This document shows, in pieces, positions 1 to 10,153 of a DNA stretch of 64,000 nt. A program made the translations under genes and the position numbers. A model generated the notes under the pieces. That model was not told where the DNA came from and ran no database searches. It worked only from the letters and a program-made list of their open reading frames with translations. Source of the stretch: an uncultured virus (IMG/VR IMGVR_UViG_3300044653_000122) (taxonomy: Duplodnaviria > Heunggongvirae > Uroviricota > Caudoviricetes); the IMG/VR virus record IMGVR_UViG_3300044653_000122, one strand, 5' to 3'. The stretch's first letter is position 1; every line of letters starts with the position of its first letter.

Positions 1-2
1 TT

Positions 3-3000
3 GGAAGCTGGTACCTGACCGTTTATGGGACGGATGAGCTGACGACCCCACCAACGCTCTCAAACGTTAACCCAGGGACCGGGCAGGTCATCAGCCCGAC
101 GGCGGTCGTAAGCTTCACCTACCCAGGACTCCCGTCTGGCCGCTCGATTGTCTTCCAGAGCACAGTCGTCTCTGGATCCAGCACAGCCCAAACGACCTTC
201 GCTGTCTATACCCTGTCTCCGAACGATCGCCGGGTGGCGGCGGTCGGCGAGAGCCGTGAGGGGAATGTCAGCTATGGCTGGGCGGCTGTGCTCAACCCCA
301 TCATGCGGCAAGGGGCTGCGTATCTTTACTATAACGATGGGCTCGCTTCGCCTGCCACAGGTTCGAACAACATCCAGGGAGCCCTTGATTACCTGAAGAG
401 TCACGCCGGAGGTTCTTCGACCCCACCCCCTGTCTTCGTCTACCAAGAAGGGGGCTCCCCAGGACCCAACGTATTCACGAGCTTCGCTGCTGCGTACGCG
501 GCGGCCTCTGCGGTCCAGCTTCTCGGGCCCGTCATCATCATCGATTCGTCTTTGGGGGCTCCTGTCATCCCATCGAATGCGTGGAATATCGACGGGATGA
601 CTCTCCGGGGAAGAGCCAAGAGCGCCGATGATCTTCTTGACTCCGTGACCATCGAAAACGGGGCGACGTTCACAGCGACGTTTGGTTTCACCCTGGATTC
701 CTTGGACGTTACATGGACGACGGTAACGTCCCCTGTCTTCACCTCGACGACGACTGGGTGCACCGTCTACCTTCGGAACTTCACGCAGGTTAGCCAGTCC
801 GGGGCCTCTCAACCATTTATCTCGGTTACTGGCGGGTTTTTGCATGTTGTGGGGGGACAGTTGTCGGGGGGTATCGGAACCCCCTTCCTCAATGTCGGCG
901 GTGGCGGACAGGCCAAGGTTTGGGTCGTTGATCCCCGCGACTCTATCGGTGCCAACTCGCTTGCTGGGACGGGGCCGATCCTGGTCCAAGTTGGAGAGCT
1001 GGCAGCCAACGTTAGTCAGACCCAAACGGGCACTGCGGTCACCTACTCGTTCCCGCTCGGGAGCGATCTCACCTACGAGGGGCCGTCTCAACAACTCGTT
1101 ACGGCTATCCAAGGGCTTCCGACCACGGTTTGGGCAAATGTGGAAGCCCCCTCAAACCCAGTTGTGCTGCCCTGCTCACCACTCGGTCAGTGTGACTGCG
1201 TATGCAGTGACGGGTCGAACATCTGGGTCGGGGACGGAGACCCGAGTGGCACCACCTCTGGTATTACCAGAGTATACAAGACCGACGGAAACAGCCTCCT
1301 CGGAGTGTTCCCGTTGCCGGCGGATGCTAGTGGTACGCAGGCGATCACATCGGATGGGACCCATGTTTTCGTACTGGTGGACTCCATCGCCACTACAGAC
1401 TGCCTTTACGTCCTCAACCTCAGCGGCAATGTTGTAGGTGTTGGACAATTCCCCGTTGCCCAAAATGGGGGAGAGGTTGTTGTCCAAGGCGGTTACTGCT
1501 GGTGCCAGGACGCAGTCAACGGTCTTACTGGCTACAGCATTGCGACCATGTTGGCGAATGGTCCCAACACGCCCACCCCGGCAGGAAAAACGTTGTCTGC
1601 CACGAGTGGTGGATCGAACAACGGCATCACCACCGACGGCACGAATCTTTACGCTACTGGTGGGAGCACAGTGTGGAAGATCGCGCCCGCCGGGCCATCA
1701 ATCACCACCTCGGTGACTCCTCCGTTCGGACAGGTTAACGGCGTATTTTACGCATCGATCGGACCAGGGCCGCGCATTTACTGTGGCGTTCATACAAACC
1801 CGAGCACCAATCAGGCACTCGTCCTCACAACCGCGCTCGCGACAGTGACGTCGTTCACCCCGACTTTCGCAGGTGGTGCAAACGGCTTCGTACAGGTAAC
1901 CGCACAGGATGGTAGCTACCTGTATCTCTCCGCAGGCAACGGCGTGTCGATCGTAAATCCGTCGACATTTGCTACGCTTCGAGCAGATTTCGCACCCAAT
2001 TTCCTGGATGGGGCATTTCCCGAATGCAACATCGGATCGACGGTTGTGACCCTTGTGCAGGGACTCAACGGACTGTCCGGGATTCAAACCTGGACATCGG
2101 CGGGCCCAGGTCAGCTCTTCATCGGGAACTTCGGCTTGCAGTACGCGCCTGGCCTCCCCGAGGTACCCATCGCGCCGGATTACAATTTGGATCCGGCATG
2201 GAGCTGGCGTGTGCACAACCCGGAAGACGGGACGCCAGAGGCCGGTGACCTGGTCACGTACGATTGGAACGGGGACACCGACTGGCTCGGGTTCGGATAC
2301 GGCTGGTTCGATTTCTTGGCCGAAATTGACACCCCCACAGCGCCGACGAACGGTCTGCGGCTCTACGTCGACGAAACAGACGGGGACCTCAAGGGGATCA
2401 ATCCCTCAGGGGACATCACGACCTACGGGTCTGGGTCCACAGGGACCGTTTTCGTCTACCGGGAGGGCGGCGTAGCCTCAGGAAACGTTTACACGTCATG
2501 GGCTACCGCTTTCGCACAGGCAGCCACGGTGCAGGCCCTTCAGCCGACCATCATTATTGACTCCTCTTTGGGGAGCCCCTTCATCCCCTCTGGGACCTGG
2601 AACGTCGATCAAATGACCCTCCGGGGCCGTATTGCCCCCAATGATGGAGGAGAGGACTTCATCGACATCCAGGATGGCGCTACTTTTACCGCTACAAACG
2701 GGTTCACCATCGACGGGTTGGACGTGAGTTGGGAGGGCAGCACCACCCCTGTCATGACCATCAACGCCACTGTTGTGTGTGTGAACTTGCTCAATGGTAC
2801 TTACCTCGATCCTGACGGAGGCGCCTATCCATTTTTCTACGTCACAACAGTAGAGGACGAACATCCGACATCCGGGGCCCTGTTTGTCTACGGAGGCCGG
2901 TTCCTGTCTGGGGGTCCAAGCATCCAGTGCGATAATTCTGGGGAAGTGCAGATTCAGCTCGACAGCTTCAGCCAGATGCAGTCGAATGTGCTGACGGGGA

Positions 3001-3971
3001 CGGGGGCAATCGATGTCTACGTCAATGCTGGGGCCATTGAGTATTCAGAGGATCAACCAGGAGCCTCTGGCGTTGGGTTCTTCCCGTTTTTTGGTGGGGA
3101 TGTTGAATACGTAGACGCGCAAACCCAGCTCGTCCGCAGTGCAAATTCTGGCACCATCGAGTTCGCTGGTAACGGAATCCAACTCACCCAGGGACAGGTC
3201 TGGGGAGTCATGACGTCGGATACCGATGGTGCGACTATCACCTTCGATCTCGATACTAGCCAGGAACACCAGGTCACCCTCCATGGTAATCGGACGCTAG
3301 CGTTCACCAACATGCGGGCAGGCGGGCTCTACTCCATCCTCTTGATTCAAGACGGGGCTGGAGACCGAACAGTCACATGGCCTGGCTATGTACAGTGGGG
3401 ATCGGGAGAACCTCCGGCTCTGTACCGAGGTGGGGAGGAAGGCGGGGTTTTCGACCAATTCCTCTTCACGAGCGACGGGACCAATCTTTACGAGATCACG
3501 CCCGGGACCACCACCCTCCAGGGCTATGGTCTGTCCACGACGACACCATCCGACGGACAGATCCTCATGTTCAGCGTGTCGGACGGACGAGTTTGGGAGC
3601 CCGTCACGCGAGCGCCCCAGCGGATCTACGGGGTCACTCAGACGACCTCAACAACGCAAACGAGCGCGCAAACCCTCTCAATGTTCGACTTCAATCCAGG
3701 GGACTACCCTAGTCCCGCGCAGACGATTACGGCCGTCTGCATCGTCCAGGTGGCCTCAACAAGCGATACGATCACTCTTCAACTTTGGAACTTCACGACC
3801 GCAACACTGGTGACCACCTTCACCAGTTCCAGCATCACAGCAGTCCAACTGACGACGACTTTGGGGTCTCTGCCGGGCTCTGACGACATTTACTACTGGG
3901 CCTACTTCCGCACGGGAGGATCTCCCAGCGACGCGGTGACGGTCCACAACGCGTACCTGTTGGTGAGCTGA
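3..3971 (+). CDS. Large tail-fibre/virion structural protein, 5'-truncated by the window edge
   Basis: The frame of the 234..3971 ORF is open back to base 3. G/S/T/V-rich beta-type composition, an internal ~190 aa duplication (VFVYxEGG...IIIDSSLG.P.IPS..WN.D.MTLRGR), a propeller-like middle and a fibre-like C-terminal module (LIQDGAGDRTVTWP). Confidence 0.7.
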   Translation, partial: GSWYLTVYGTDELTTPPTLSNVNPGTGQVISPTAVVSFTYPGLPSGRSIVFQSTVVSGSSTAQTTFAVYTLSPNDRRVAAVGESREGNVSYGWAAVLNPIMRQGAAYLYYNDGLASPATGSNNIQGALDYLKSHAGGSSTPPPVFVYQEGGSPGPNVFTSFAAAYAAASAVQLLGPVIIIDSSLGAPVIPSNAWNIDGMTLRGRAKSADDLLDSVTIENGATFTATFGFTLDSLDVTWTTVTSPVFTSTTTGCTVYLRNFTQVSQSGASQPFISVTGGFLHVVGGQLSGGIGTPFLNVGGGGQAKVWVVDPRDSIGANSLAGTGPILVQVGELAANVSQTQTGTAVTYSFPLGSDLTYEGPSQQLVTAIQGLPTTVWANVEAPSNPVVLPCSPLGQCDCVCSDGSNIWVGDGDPSGTTSGITRVYKTDGNSLLGVFPLPADASGTQAITSDGTHVFVLVDSIATTDCLYVLNLSGNVVGVGQFPVAQNGGEVVVQGGYCWCQDAVNGLTGYSIATMLANGPNTPTPAGKTLSATSGGSNNGITTDGTNLYATGGSTVWKIAPAGPSITTSVTPPFGQVNGVFYASIGPGPRIYCGVHTNPSTNQALVLTTALATVTSFTPTFAGGANGFVQVTAQDGSYLYLSAGNGVSIVNPSTFATLRADFAPNFLDGAFPECNIGSTVVTLVQGLNGLSGIQTWTSAGPGQLFIGNFGLQYAPGLPEVPIAPDYNLDPAWSWRVHNPEDGTPEAGDLVTYDWNGDTDWLGFGYGWFDFLAEIDTPTAPTNGLRLYVDETDGDLKGINPSGDITTYGSGSTGTVFVYREGGVASGNVYTSWATAFAQAATVQALQPTIIIDSSLGSPFIPSGTWNVDQMTLRGRIAPNDGGEDFIDIQDGATFTATNGFTIDGLDVSWEGSTTPVMTINATVVCVNLLNGTYLDPDGGAYPFFYVTTVEDEHPTSGALFVYGGRFLSGGPSIQCDNSGEVQIQLDSFSQMQSNVLTGTGAIDVYVNAGAIEYSEDQPGASGVGFFPFFGGDVEYVDAQTQLVRSANSGTIEFAGNGIQLTQGQVWGVMTSDTDGATITFDLDTSQEHQVTLHGNRTLAFTNMRAGGLYSILLIQDGAGDRTVTWPGYVQWGSGEPPALYRGGEEGGVFDQFLFTSDGTNLYEITPGTTTLQGYGLSTTTPSDGQILMFSVSDGRVWEPVTRAPQRIYGVTQTTSTTQTSAQTLSMFDFNPGDYPSPAQTITAVCIVQVASTSDTITLQLWNFTTATLVTTFTSSSITAVQLTTTLGSLPGSDDIYYWAYFRTGGSPSDAVTVHNAYLLVS
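430..3030 (+). repeat. Internal domain duplication in the tail-like protein (about 430-1010 vs about 2446-3030)
   Basis: PVFVYQEGGSPGPNVFTSFAAAYAAASAVQLLGPVIIIDSSLGAPVIPSNAWNIDGMTLRGR vs TVFVYREGGVASGNVYTSWATAFAQAATVQALQPTIIIDSSLGSPFIPSGTWNVDQMTLRGR. Boundaries approximate. Confidence 0.85.
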
Positions 3972-3972
3972 C

Positions 3973-5172
3973 ATGCCCGACTACCCCACCCTGACGAAAA
4001 CGTGGCAGTACACCAACAACACTGGCGCCTCCACGGTCAATCAAATTCTGCCCGCAACCGGGGTCGCCTACACAGATAATCGGCAGTTGATGGCCGCGTT
4101 CATCTACTCGCTCATCTCATTCACGAGTAGCCCCTGGACCATCGTCTCAAGCCAGAACTGGAGTTCGAGCACAGTTGCATCGGGATCGAACAATGTCAAC
4201 GTCGGCTCATTCACGGGCTCCGGCGTGTTGAACGTTCCGACGACTCTGGGTGCCCCATCAAGCGGAACGGTCTTCGTTCCAGCGCTTAACGCGGTCATCA
4301 CCTACACAGGGATCTCCGGAGGCAACCAGTATACGGGCTGTACTACCACCAACGGTAGCGGAGTTCTGACTACCGGGCAGGTCGTCTATACCGCCCCTAT
4401 TTTCAACACAACGGGCAACGCGCACACGTGGTGGGTGTTGAACCAGCCCGGAGTGTCGGCGACATTTCAAATTCTCATCGACCTCTCTGGGTCATCGAAC
4501 TGGGAGATCGTGTTCTCGTGGAGCCCCAGTGTGGGTTTCTCGGGCGGCAGTTCGACGACGGCACCATCTCTTCCTGCGGATGGCACCGCTATCCTCAATC
4601 CAGGATTCTGGGGTCAGAACACGAGTGATCAACAGTACCGACTCCACGTCATGCAGTCGACAGATGGAGCGTGCACACGGGCCCTTTTTTGCGGCTATGA
4701 TGCGGGAACTGGTGGGGTGTGTGCGGGGTTCTTTGATGTTGAGTTGGCGCAAAATCCGGTCACTGGGTGGGCCTATCCAGTTCACATTATGTGGCAGGGG
4801 GCGAACTACAGCAACGTCCTCACGCAGAGCAATTTCTACAATACCTACAACGGGCACTCTTGGGTGTCGGTAGCGATGCCGTTGGCGTGGACTGGCGAGA
4901 ACTACGACGGCAATCTAATCGCCGCCAACATGGTCGCGCCCGATGCGATTAGCCAAGAGTTTATCGTACAGCCCATCGGAATGTGGTCGAACACCACGGG
5001 CAACAAAGGTCGTCACGGGCAGTTTTTTGATCTGTGGTGGGGTCCTTGGAATGGAACTTTTACAGCTCTTGGATTTGGAACATCTTATGCGGGCCCCAGT
5101 GCATCAAGTAACTTCGTGCAGGTCGGGTGTCTCATCTTCCCGTGGAACGGAACACAGATCCGGTTGAGTTGA
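3973..5172 (+). CDS. Putative virion protein, paralogue 1 of 3
   Basis: Shares MxxYPxLxKTWQ, LHVxxSTDGxCTR, PIGxx...GRHG..xDxWWG and QxG...PW with the next two genes. Confidence 0.75.
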   Translation: MPDYPTLTKTWQYTNNTGASTVNQILPATGVAYTDNRQLMAAFIYSLISFTSSPWTIVSSQNWSSSTVASGSNNVNVGSFTGSGVLNVPTTLGAPSSGTVFVPALNAVITYTGISGGNQYTGCTTTNGSGVLTTGQVVYTAPIFNTTGNAHTWWVLNQPGVSATFQILIDLSGSSNWEIVFSWSPSVGFSGGSSTTAPSLPADGTAILNPGFWGQNTSDQQYRLHVMQSTDGACTRALFCGYDAGTGGVCAGFFDVELAQNPVTGWAYPVHIMWQGANYSNVLTQSNFYNTYNGHSWVSVAMPLAWTGENYDGNLIAANMVAPDAISQEFIVQPIGMWSNTTGNKGRHGQFFDLWWGPWNGTFTALGFGTSYAGPSASSNFVQVGCLIFPWNGTQIRLS

Positions 5173-5175
5173 GCC

Positions 5176-6363
5176 ATGGCTGACTATCCCCAACTCTCCA
5201 AGACATGGCAGTTCAACGTCAACCAGCTCCTCGTGGAGACCACGTCAAACTTGACCGACGCGCGCTTTCTCCTGTGGGCGCTCATCGACTCACTTCTCGG
5301 CTTTGTCTCAAATCCATGGACGATCTTGTCGTCCAACAACATGGTCAATGCGACCGTAACGAGCGGTTCAAATGGGGTGAACCTATCGTCGTTCACAGGC
5401 TCCGGCGTCATGGACGTCACCACAACATCGGGTGCTCCCGCCACGGGGTCAATTCTCGTTCCCGCGTTGAAGGCGATCGTCAGCTACACGGGAACGTCCG
5501 GGGGTAACCAGTTCACCGGGTGTACGACCACCTATGGGAGCGGGGTCCTGGCCACTGGACAGGTCGCTCACACCGCTCCGGTATGGGCCGCAGGCGGCAC
5601 CGCACACTCGTGGATTGTGCTTGGCCAGACAGGCATTTCCACGACCTTTCAGCTCCTCATTGCGTGCTCCGTTGGGTCCAACTACGAGCTGAACGTTTCC
5701 TTCAGCCCACTCCTTGGCTTCTCTGGCGGCACTACCACCGCAGATCCAACGGCCTACGATGCAGTGCCAATCCTCCCCGCAAGCTACTGGGGTAACAACC
5801 CAAACAACACATACCAATACCGACTTCACGTCATGCAGTCGACAGACGGCGCATGTACACGCGTGCTCATCTGCGATTACGATGGCGTCGGAATCGGTGG
5901 GACGTGTTGTGGGTATATGTCCATCGAGCTAGCGGAGAATCCTGTTCCAGGGTGGACGTACCCCATTCACGCGACGTGGATCGCTACGGCGGGCAACACG
6001 TCTGCCCTGACCTACAATTCGCTCTTTCAAACCTACAACGCCGTCAGCCGCGCGACGGCGAACTTCACAATGATTTGGACGGCGGAGAGTACCAACGGCA
6101 CGCACCTCGCGAGCATGTACCTTGCCCCCAACGACCTCTCCGGGGAATGGATGTGCATGCCAATCGGATTGTGGTCGAACACGATCGGGTCGAAGGGAAG
6201 ACACGGGTCGCTATATGACATGTGGTGGGGGCCCGGGGGATCCATCGGCGCCTCCAACTTCGAGCCCACCTCGCTCCTCTACGGAGCTAACGGGAATACT
6301 TTCGCACAAATCGGGTGCGTCGTAGTTCCTTGGCCGAACGCCACCCCGCCGCAGTTGGCTTGA
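5176..6363 (+). CDS. Putative virion protein, paralogue 2 of 3
   Basis: Same motifs as 3973..5172; 3-nt gap from the previous gene. Confidence 0.75.
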   Translation: MADYPQLSKTWQFNVNQLLVETTSNLTDARFLLWALIDSLLGFVSNPWTILSSNNMVNATVTSGSNGVNLSSFTGSGVMDVTTTSGAPATGSILVPALKAIVSYTGTSGGNQFTGCTTTYGSGVLATGQVAHTAPVWAAGGTAHSWIVLGQTGISTTFQLLIACSVGSNYELNVSFSPLLGFSGGTTTADPTAYDAVPILPASYWGNNPNNTYQYRLHVMQSTDGACTRVLICDYDGVGIGGTCCGYMSIELAENPVPGWTYPIHATWIATAGNTSALTYNSLFQTYNAVSRATANFTMIWTAESTNGTHLASMYLAPNDLSGEWMCMPIGLWSNTIGSKGRHGSLYDMWWGPGGSIGASNFEPTSLLYGANGNTFAQIGCVVVPWPNATPPQLA

Positions 6364-6366
6364 TCT

Positions 6367-7404
6367 ATGCCTACCTACCCCCTCCTCGACAAGACCTGGC
6401 AGTACAACGTCAATCAGACGTTGCCCACACAATCGTCAGTCCTCGCGGCGAGTCAGAACCTCCTCTGGCAAATCGTCAACTCCTTCACTTCCTTCTCCCC
6501 CGGATGGCAAGTTCGAGGTGCCAGCAACTCTACGACCTCAGGGCTTCTGGCCCTCACCGCAGCGGGTCCCTACACGGGGTCCGGTGCATGGACGGGTGGA
6601 GGGTCGTGTGTGTGGGGGTCGACAACGACAGCACACTCGTGGATTGTTTTGCGGAACACCGCGCTTTGTTCGGGGTACCCTGAGATCCTTATCTCCTGTG
6701 ACAGCTCAGGCACGAACAGCTGCACCGTGATCCTCTCGCCCAGCGCAGGGTTCACGGGGGGATCCACAACGAGCGACCCTACCGCAACGGACCAGATTCA
6801 ACTAGGAAATGGAGGGACCGCAAACATTGGCTACGGATCGACGAACACCAACGTGCAGTACGCGCTCCACGTTGAGATGTCGACCGATGGGCAATGCACG
6901 CGCATGTGGGTCTTCTCCGGTGGCTCCTTCCAGGAACTCTGGATCATCGACGCGTTGAAGAATCCATCGACAGGATGGACCACGCCGTGGGTGATGCACA
7001 CCGCTTATCTGACGCCGAGCACCACTAGTTACTGGGAAAGCGCCGCGGACACATATGGCGGGGTCAACAATCTCAACCACGGTGGGTACGTCGGCGGGAC
7101 TCCAAACGCCAACCCGGCATGGACCAGCTTCTATTGGACAGGAGAAGGCCCCTCAAACCTCATTGTGCTTGCATACAACGCACCGAATGATTTGAACTCA
7201 CTCTATCCGATGCCTCCGATTGGTTTGTTCGTGCCTCCGTCCGGACCACTTCGAGGCCGCCACGGCATGTGGTTTGATTTGTGGTGGGGGGTTGCGGCCC
7301 TATCGACGGGTCAGCTCTACGCGGGAGCTGCGGCACACGCATATGTGCAGATCGGTGCCATCATCCTGCCGTGGAGCGGTGCCGCCACCATGAACACAAG
7401 CTAG
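6367..7404 (+). CDS. Putative virion protein, paralogue 3 of 3 (shorter)
   Basis: Same motifs, but lacks the ~60 aa insert present in paralogues 1 and 2. Confidence 0.75.
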   Translation: MPTYPLLDKTWQYNVNQTLPTQSSVLAASQNLLWQIVNSFTSFSPGWQVRGASNSTTSGLLALTAAGPYTGSGAWTGGGSCVWGSTTTAHSWIVLRNTALCSGYPEILISCDSSGTNSCTVILSPSAGFTGGSTTSDPTATDQIQLGNGGTANIGYGSTNTNVQYALHVEMSTDGQCTRMWVFSGGSFQELWIIDALKNPSTGWTTPWVMHTAYLTPSTTSYWESAADTYGGVNNLNHGGYVGGTPNANPAWTSFYWTGEGPSNLIVLAYNAPNDLNSLYPMPPIGLFVPPSGPLRGRHGMWFDLWWGVAALSTGQLYAGAAAHAYVQIGAIILPWSGAATMNTS

Positions 7405-7414
7405 GAGGAAAGGG

Positions 7415-7729
7415 ATGGCTGACGTCAACGGGTACGCTACCTACGCGCTCGCTGCCACTGTTGGAGTTACGACAGTGAGTACGGGGACAGGTTTCTGCAC
7501 AGTGCAACCCACGAACGGTTTCAATGCTCGGCTAACCCCTGGAATCACCTACGAATACCAGATGTCGGGGACAGACGCCGTGACTGCTGTGACCACAACT
7601 TGGTTGGTCCAGGGGGCCCCCGATTTCGCAGCAACGACAACAGCGGCTACGGCTGCCATCGCGCTTGCAGGACTGACCACGCCCGTGCGAAACGTCTGCA
7701 TCGTGGGTCAGTGGCCTGTACCTAACTAA
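7415..7729 (+). CDS. Small T/A-rich putative structural protein
   Basis: AGGAGG SD upstream; last gene of the structural run. Confidence 0.7.
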   Translation: MADVNGYATYALAATVGVTTVSTGTGFCTVQPTNGFNARLTPGITYEYQMSGTDAVTAVTTTWLVQGAPDFAATTTAATAAIALAGLTTPVRNVCIVGQWPVPN

Positions 7730-7992
7730 CGGTTATCGTCCCGCATCTCGGAGATCGTCCGAAGACCAGACATCCAAAGGACCCCCTGAATGTACCCGAG
7801 CCAGCGGCAGGCTTTCTCCATGTCCTGCGCCGCATAGCTCTTTGTTTGCTCACACATCCAGAGAATATGCCCGCAGGCTGTCCGGTCATCGGGACCGGAG
7901 ATATCTGGGCTCGCTCGCTTGGCTTCTCCGACGAGCTTTTGCAGCTCGCTCTCATACTTGGTACAAACTTGGACGAGTTGTTCGGGGGTCAT
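7726..7992 (-). CDS. Hypothetical phage protein
   Basis: KACRWLGYIQG motif; GGTGTA motif upstream (9 nt from TGTAA to ATG). Confidence 0.75.
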   Translation of the reverse strand: MTPEQLVQVCTKYESELQKLVGEAKRASPDISGPDDRTACGHILWMCEQTKSYAAQDMEKACRWLGYIQGVLWMSGLRTISEMRDDNR

Positions 7993-8018
7993 TTGGCCGG
8001 GTTACACCAGCCGGTGCC

Positions 8019-8558
8019 CTAGAACCAATGTAGTGCAATCCCGTTGAAAAAGATATGTAGGGTGTTGTCACACACGATCACCAGCCACACAGCCAGGAAC
8101 GGTGGCCGGTCCTTGTGGTAGCCCGTGCCCACGCACTCGGCCCATGGGTAGTTCCGGACCTTGAAAGTCTCCTCCGAGACGCACAGCATCTTGCTGGAGT
8201 CCTGGCACTTGGGGCAAGGCGCGATCCACTTGGAGGAACTGCTGTCGGAGAACGATTTTCCAGCACAGATGCCGCAGACCCAGCCCTTCCGATACATGTC
8301 GATCCACTTTGGGGCCAAGAAATTCTTCGCCCAGCACACGTAGCGGGCCAACCTCCAGCGGTCGATCACGAAGTGGGTCACGAAGATGAACGCGAGGGCC
8401 AAGGGGCTTCGAGTCAAGAAGAGAAAGCAGAGCGTGTAGGTCAGGGCGTGCCAGAACGCCGGCTTGCTGCTCTGAGTTTTGACTAGAGCCTGCCAATCGC
8501 TTTGAAGGCAGTAGTCACCGACGAGGTGGCAGAGGATTTGATCGGCGGTGATGAACAT
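8019..8558 (-). CDS. DUF3307-like membrane protein with a Cys-rich insert
   Basis: HLVGDYCLQSDWQ, HALTY, HFVIDRW and DNTLH motifs; CxxC...CxxC insert. Start moved to ATG 8558, 9 nt after the motif. Confidence 0.7.
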   Translation of the reverse strand: MFITADQILCHLVGDYCLQSDWQALVKTQSSKPAFWHALTYTLCFLFLTRSPLALAFIFVTHFVIDRWRLARYVCWAKNFLAPKWIDMYRKGWVCGICAGKSFSDSSSSKWIAPCPKCQDSSKMLCVSEETFKVRNYPWAECVGTGYHKDRPPFLAVWLVIVCDNTLHIFFNGIALHWF

Positions 8559-8617
8559 GGGCCGCGTATACACCAAGCCCGGCAAGCCCGGCAGCCCGGC
8601 CGGTGTAGGAAAAGATC

Positions 8618-9241
8618 ATGAGCGACATCATCGAAGACCGCATCGCCCTCATCGATCTCGACGGCACCCTCGCTGACTACGATGCGGCAATGATCCTTCA
8701 GATGGCTCTCCTAAAAGGCCCAGGAGAGACGGAAATGCCCCATCGACCAGGAGTGAGCGACGACTCCGTGCCCGCTTACCTTACGGCTCGACGCAAAATC
8801 ATCCAGCGCACGGTAGGGTTCTGGCGCAACCTCAAGCGCATCCCGCTCGGCTTTGAGGTGGTCGAGGTGATGCGTGCCTGTGGTTACCAGCTCCACGTTC
8901 TCTCGAAGGGGCCTACCTCCTCCCCAAACGCCTGGACGGAGAAACTGGAGTGGTGCAAGGAGCACTTGCCTGACGCAGCGGTCACCATCAGCGGAGATAA
9001 GTCCCTGGTTTACGGCCGGGTGCTCTTCGATGACTATCCTCCATACTTTGAGGGGTGGCTCGCCAAGCGTCCTCGGGGGCTTGTGATCTGTCTCGGGCAC
9101 CCATGGAACGAGGACTTCCGGCGGGGTGGCTCCAAGGAGCACCCGAACGTGCTCCGTTACGATGGGTCCAAAGGGGCCCACATTGAGTTGGCCATCAGGC
9201 TCAAGCGTGCATACGAACGGGCTTCAAAAGAGCAGCTCTGA
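8618..9241 (+). CDS. HAD-family 5'(3')-deoxyribonucleotidase-like protein
   Basis: DLDGTLAD (motif I), FWRNL, EKLEW, DKSLVYGRVLFDD. Confidence 0.8.
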   Translation: MSDIIEDRIALIDLDGTLADYDAAMILQMALLKGPGETEMPHRPGVSDDSVPAYLTARRKIIQRTVGFWRNLKRIPLGFEVVEVMRACGYQLHVLSKGPTSSPNAWTEKLEWCKEHLPDAAVTISGDKSLVYGRVLFDDYPPYFEGWLAKRPRGLVICLGHPWNEDFRRGGSKEHPNVLRYDGSKGAHIELAIRLKRAYERASKEQL

Positions 9242-9318
9242 TCCATTATTTTCCAGTGAAATCAGGATTTGGCTGGCATTCTCTACCCAACCCGTCTGGC
9301 TTGGTGTACCTATGAGAC

Positions 9319-9912
9319 ATGGCAGCCGGTGACCCGCGCCAGATCATCCTCGATCTGCTCAAGCTCTTCTCGGTGAAGATCGCTGACCATGGAGAAGAGT
9401 TCACACTGGCCTCGGGCCAGAAGTCCAAGTTCTACATCGACGTGAAGAAGACGGCGCTGCATCCAAGAGCGCACGAGCCTTTGGCCAAGTTGTTGTACGA
9501 CACGATGCGCCAGGTGAGCTTTGGGGCCGCTGAAGGCGCAGCTGGTGTAGCCCTGGGAGGGTGCCACCTCGCCAGCATCGTAGCCCTTTACGCCATGATG
9601 GTAGACGAGCACCCACTCCGTGTGTTCTTTGTCCGCAAACAAGCGAAAGAGTATGGCACCAAGAGTCTCGTCGAAGGTCCGCCCAAGGGGCCCGAGCACC
9701 GTGTGGTCCTCCTCGAAGACGTGGTGACCACGGGAGGGTCATCTGTGAAGGCCATCCAGCAGCTCAAGGCGGATGGCTGCACGGTCCTCGGCACCATCGC
9801 AGTGATTGACCGTCGGCCCAAGATGGATCGCACCACGAGCCTTGGGGGACTCCCTTTCCAGGCCATCTACACGCTCGACGATTTCGATGACACCGTCCAA
9901 CCCAAGAAGTAA
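9319..9912 (+). CDS. pyrE: Orotate phosphoribosyltransferase
   Basis: FTLASGQKSKFYID, VRKQAKEYG and the PRPP-binding VVLLEDVVTTGGS. Confidence 0.92.
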   Translation: MAAGDPRQIILDLLKLFSVKIADHGEEFTLASGQKSKFYIDVKKTALHPRAHEPLAKLLYDTMRQVSFGAAEGAAGVALGGCHLASIVALYAMMVDEHPLRVFFVRKQAKEYGTKSLVEGPPKGPEHRVVLLEDVVTTGGSSVKAIQQLKADGCTVLGTIAVIDRRPKMDRTTSLGGLPFQAIYTLDDFDDTVQPKK

Positions 9913-10087
9913 CGTCGTCGTCCTCTACGTTCGGTGCTTCGCTTGTTGTGGGACGGGCAAAGAGCCCGACTATTTCGGCGTGCGCGTTTGCATCATCTGT
10001 AGGGGAACAGGTCGCCTTGACGCCGGGCGCTGGGCTCGCACGTACAACGGGCTGGGTTGGCCTGAACGGGGTCCGCGGCGTCTCTGA
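9887..10087 (+). CDS. Small DnaJ-type zinc-finger protein
   Basis: CFACCGTG...CIICRGTG; start uncertain. Confidence 0.45.
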   Translation: MTPSNPRSNVVVLYVRCFACCGTGKEPDYFGVRVCIICRGTGRLDAGRWARTYNGLGWPERGPRRL

Positions 10088-10153
10088 TGGGACGTCCGAC
10101 CACGAGATAGTCTGCGCCATCTCGTGCGGTCTTTGCCATTCATGTCCTGGCTT

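Noticed and set aside
3973..7404. Diversity-generating retroelement acting on the paralogous genes
   Set aside because: No reverse transcriptase and no adenine-specific TR/VR pair seen; divergence looks like ordinary paralogy.
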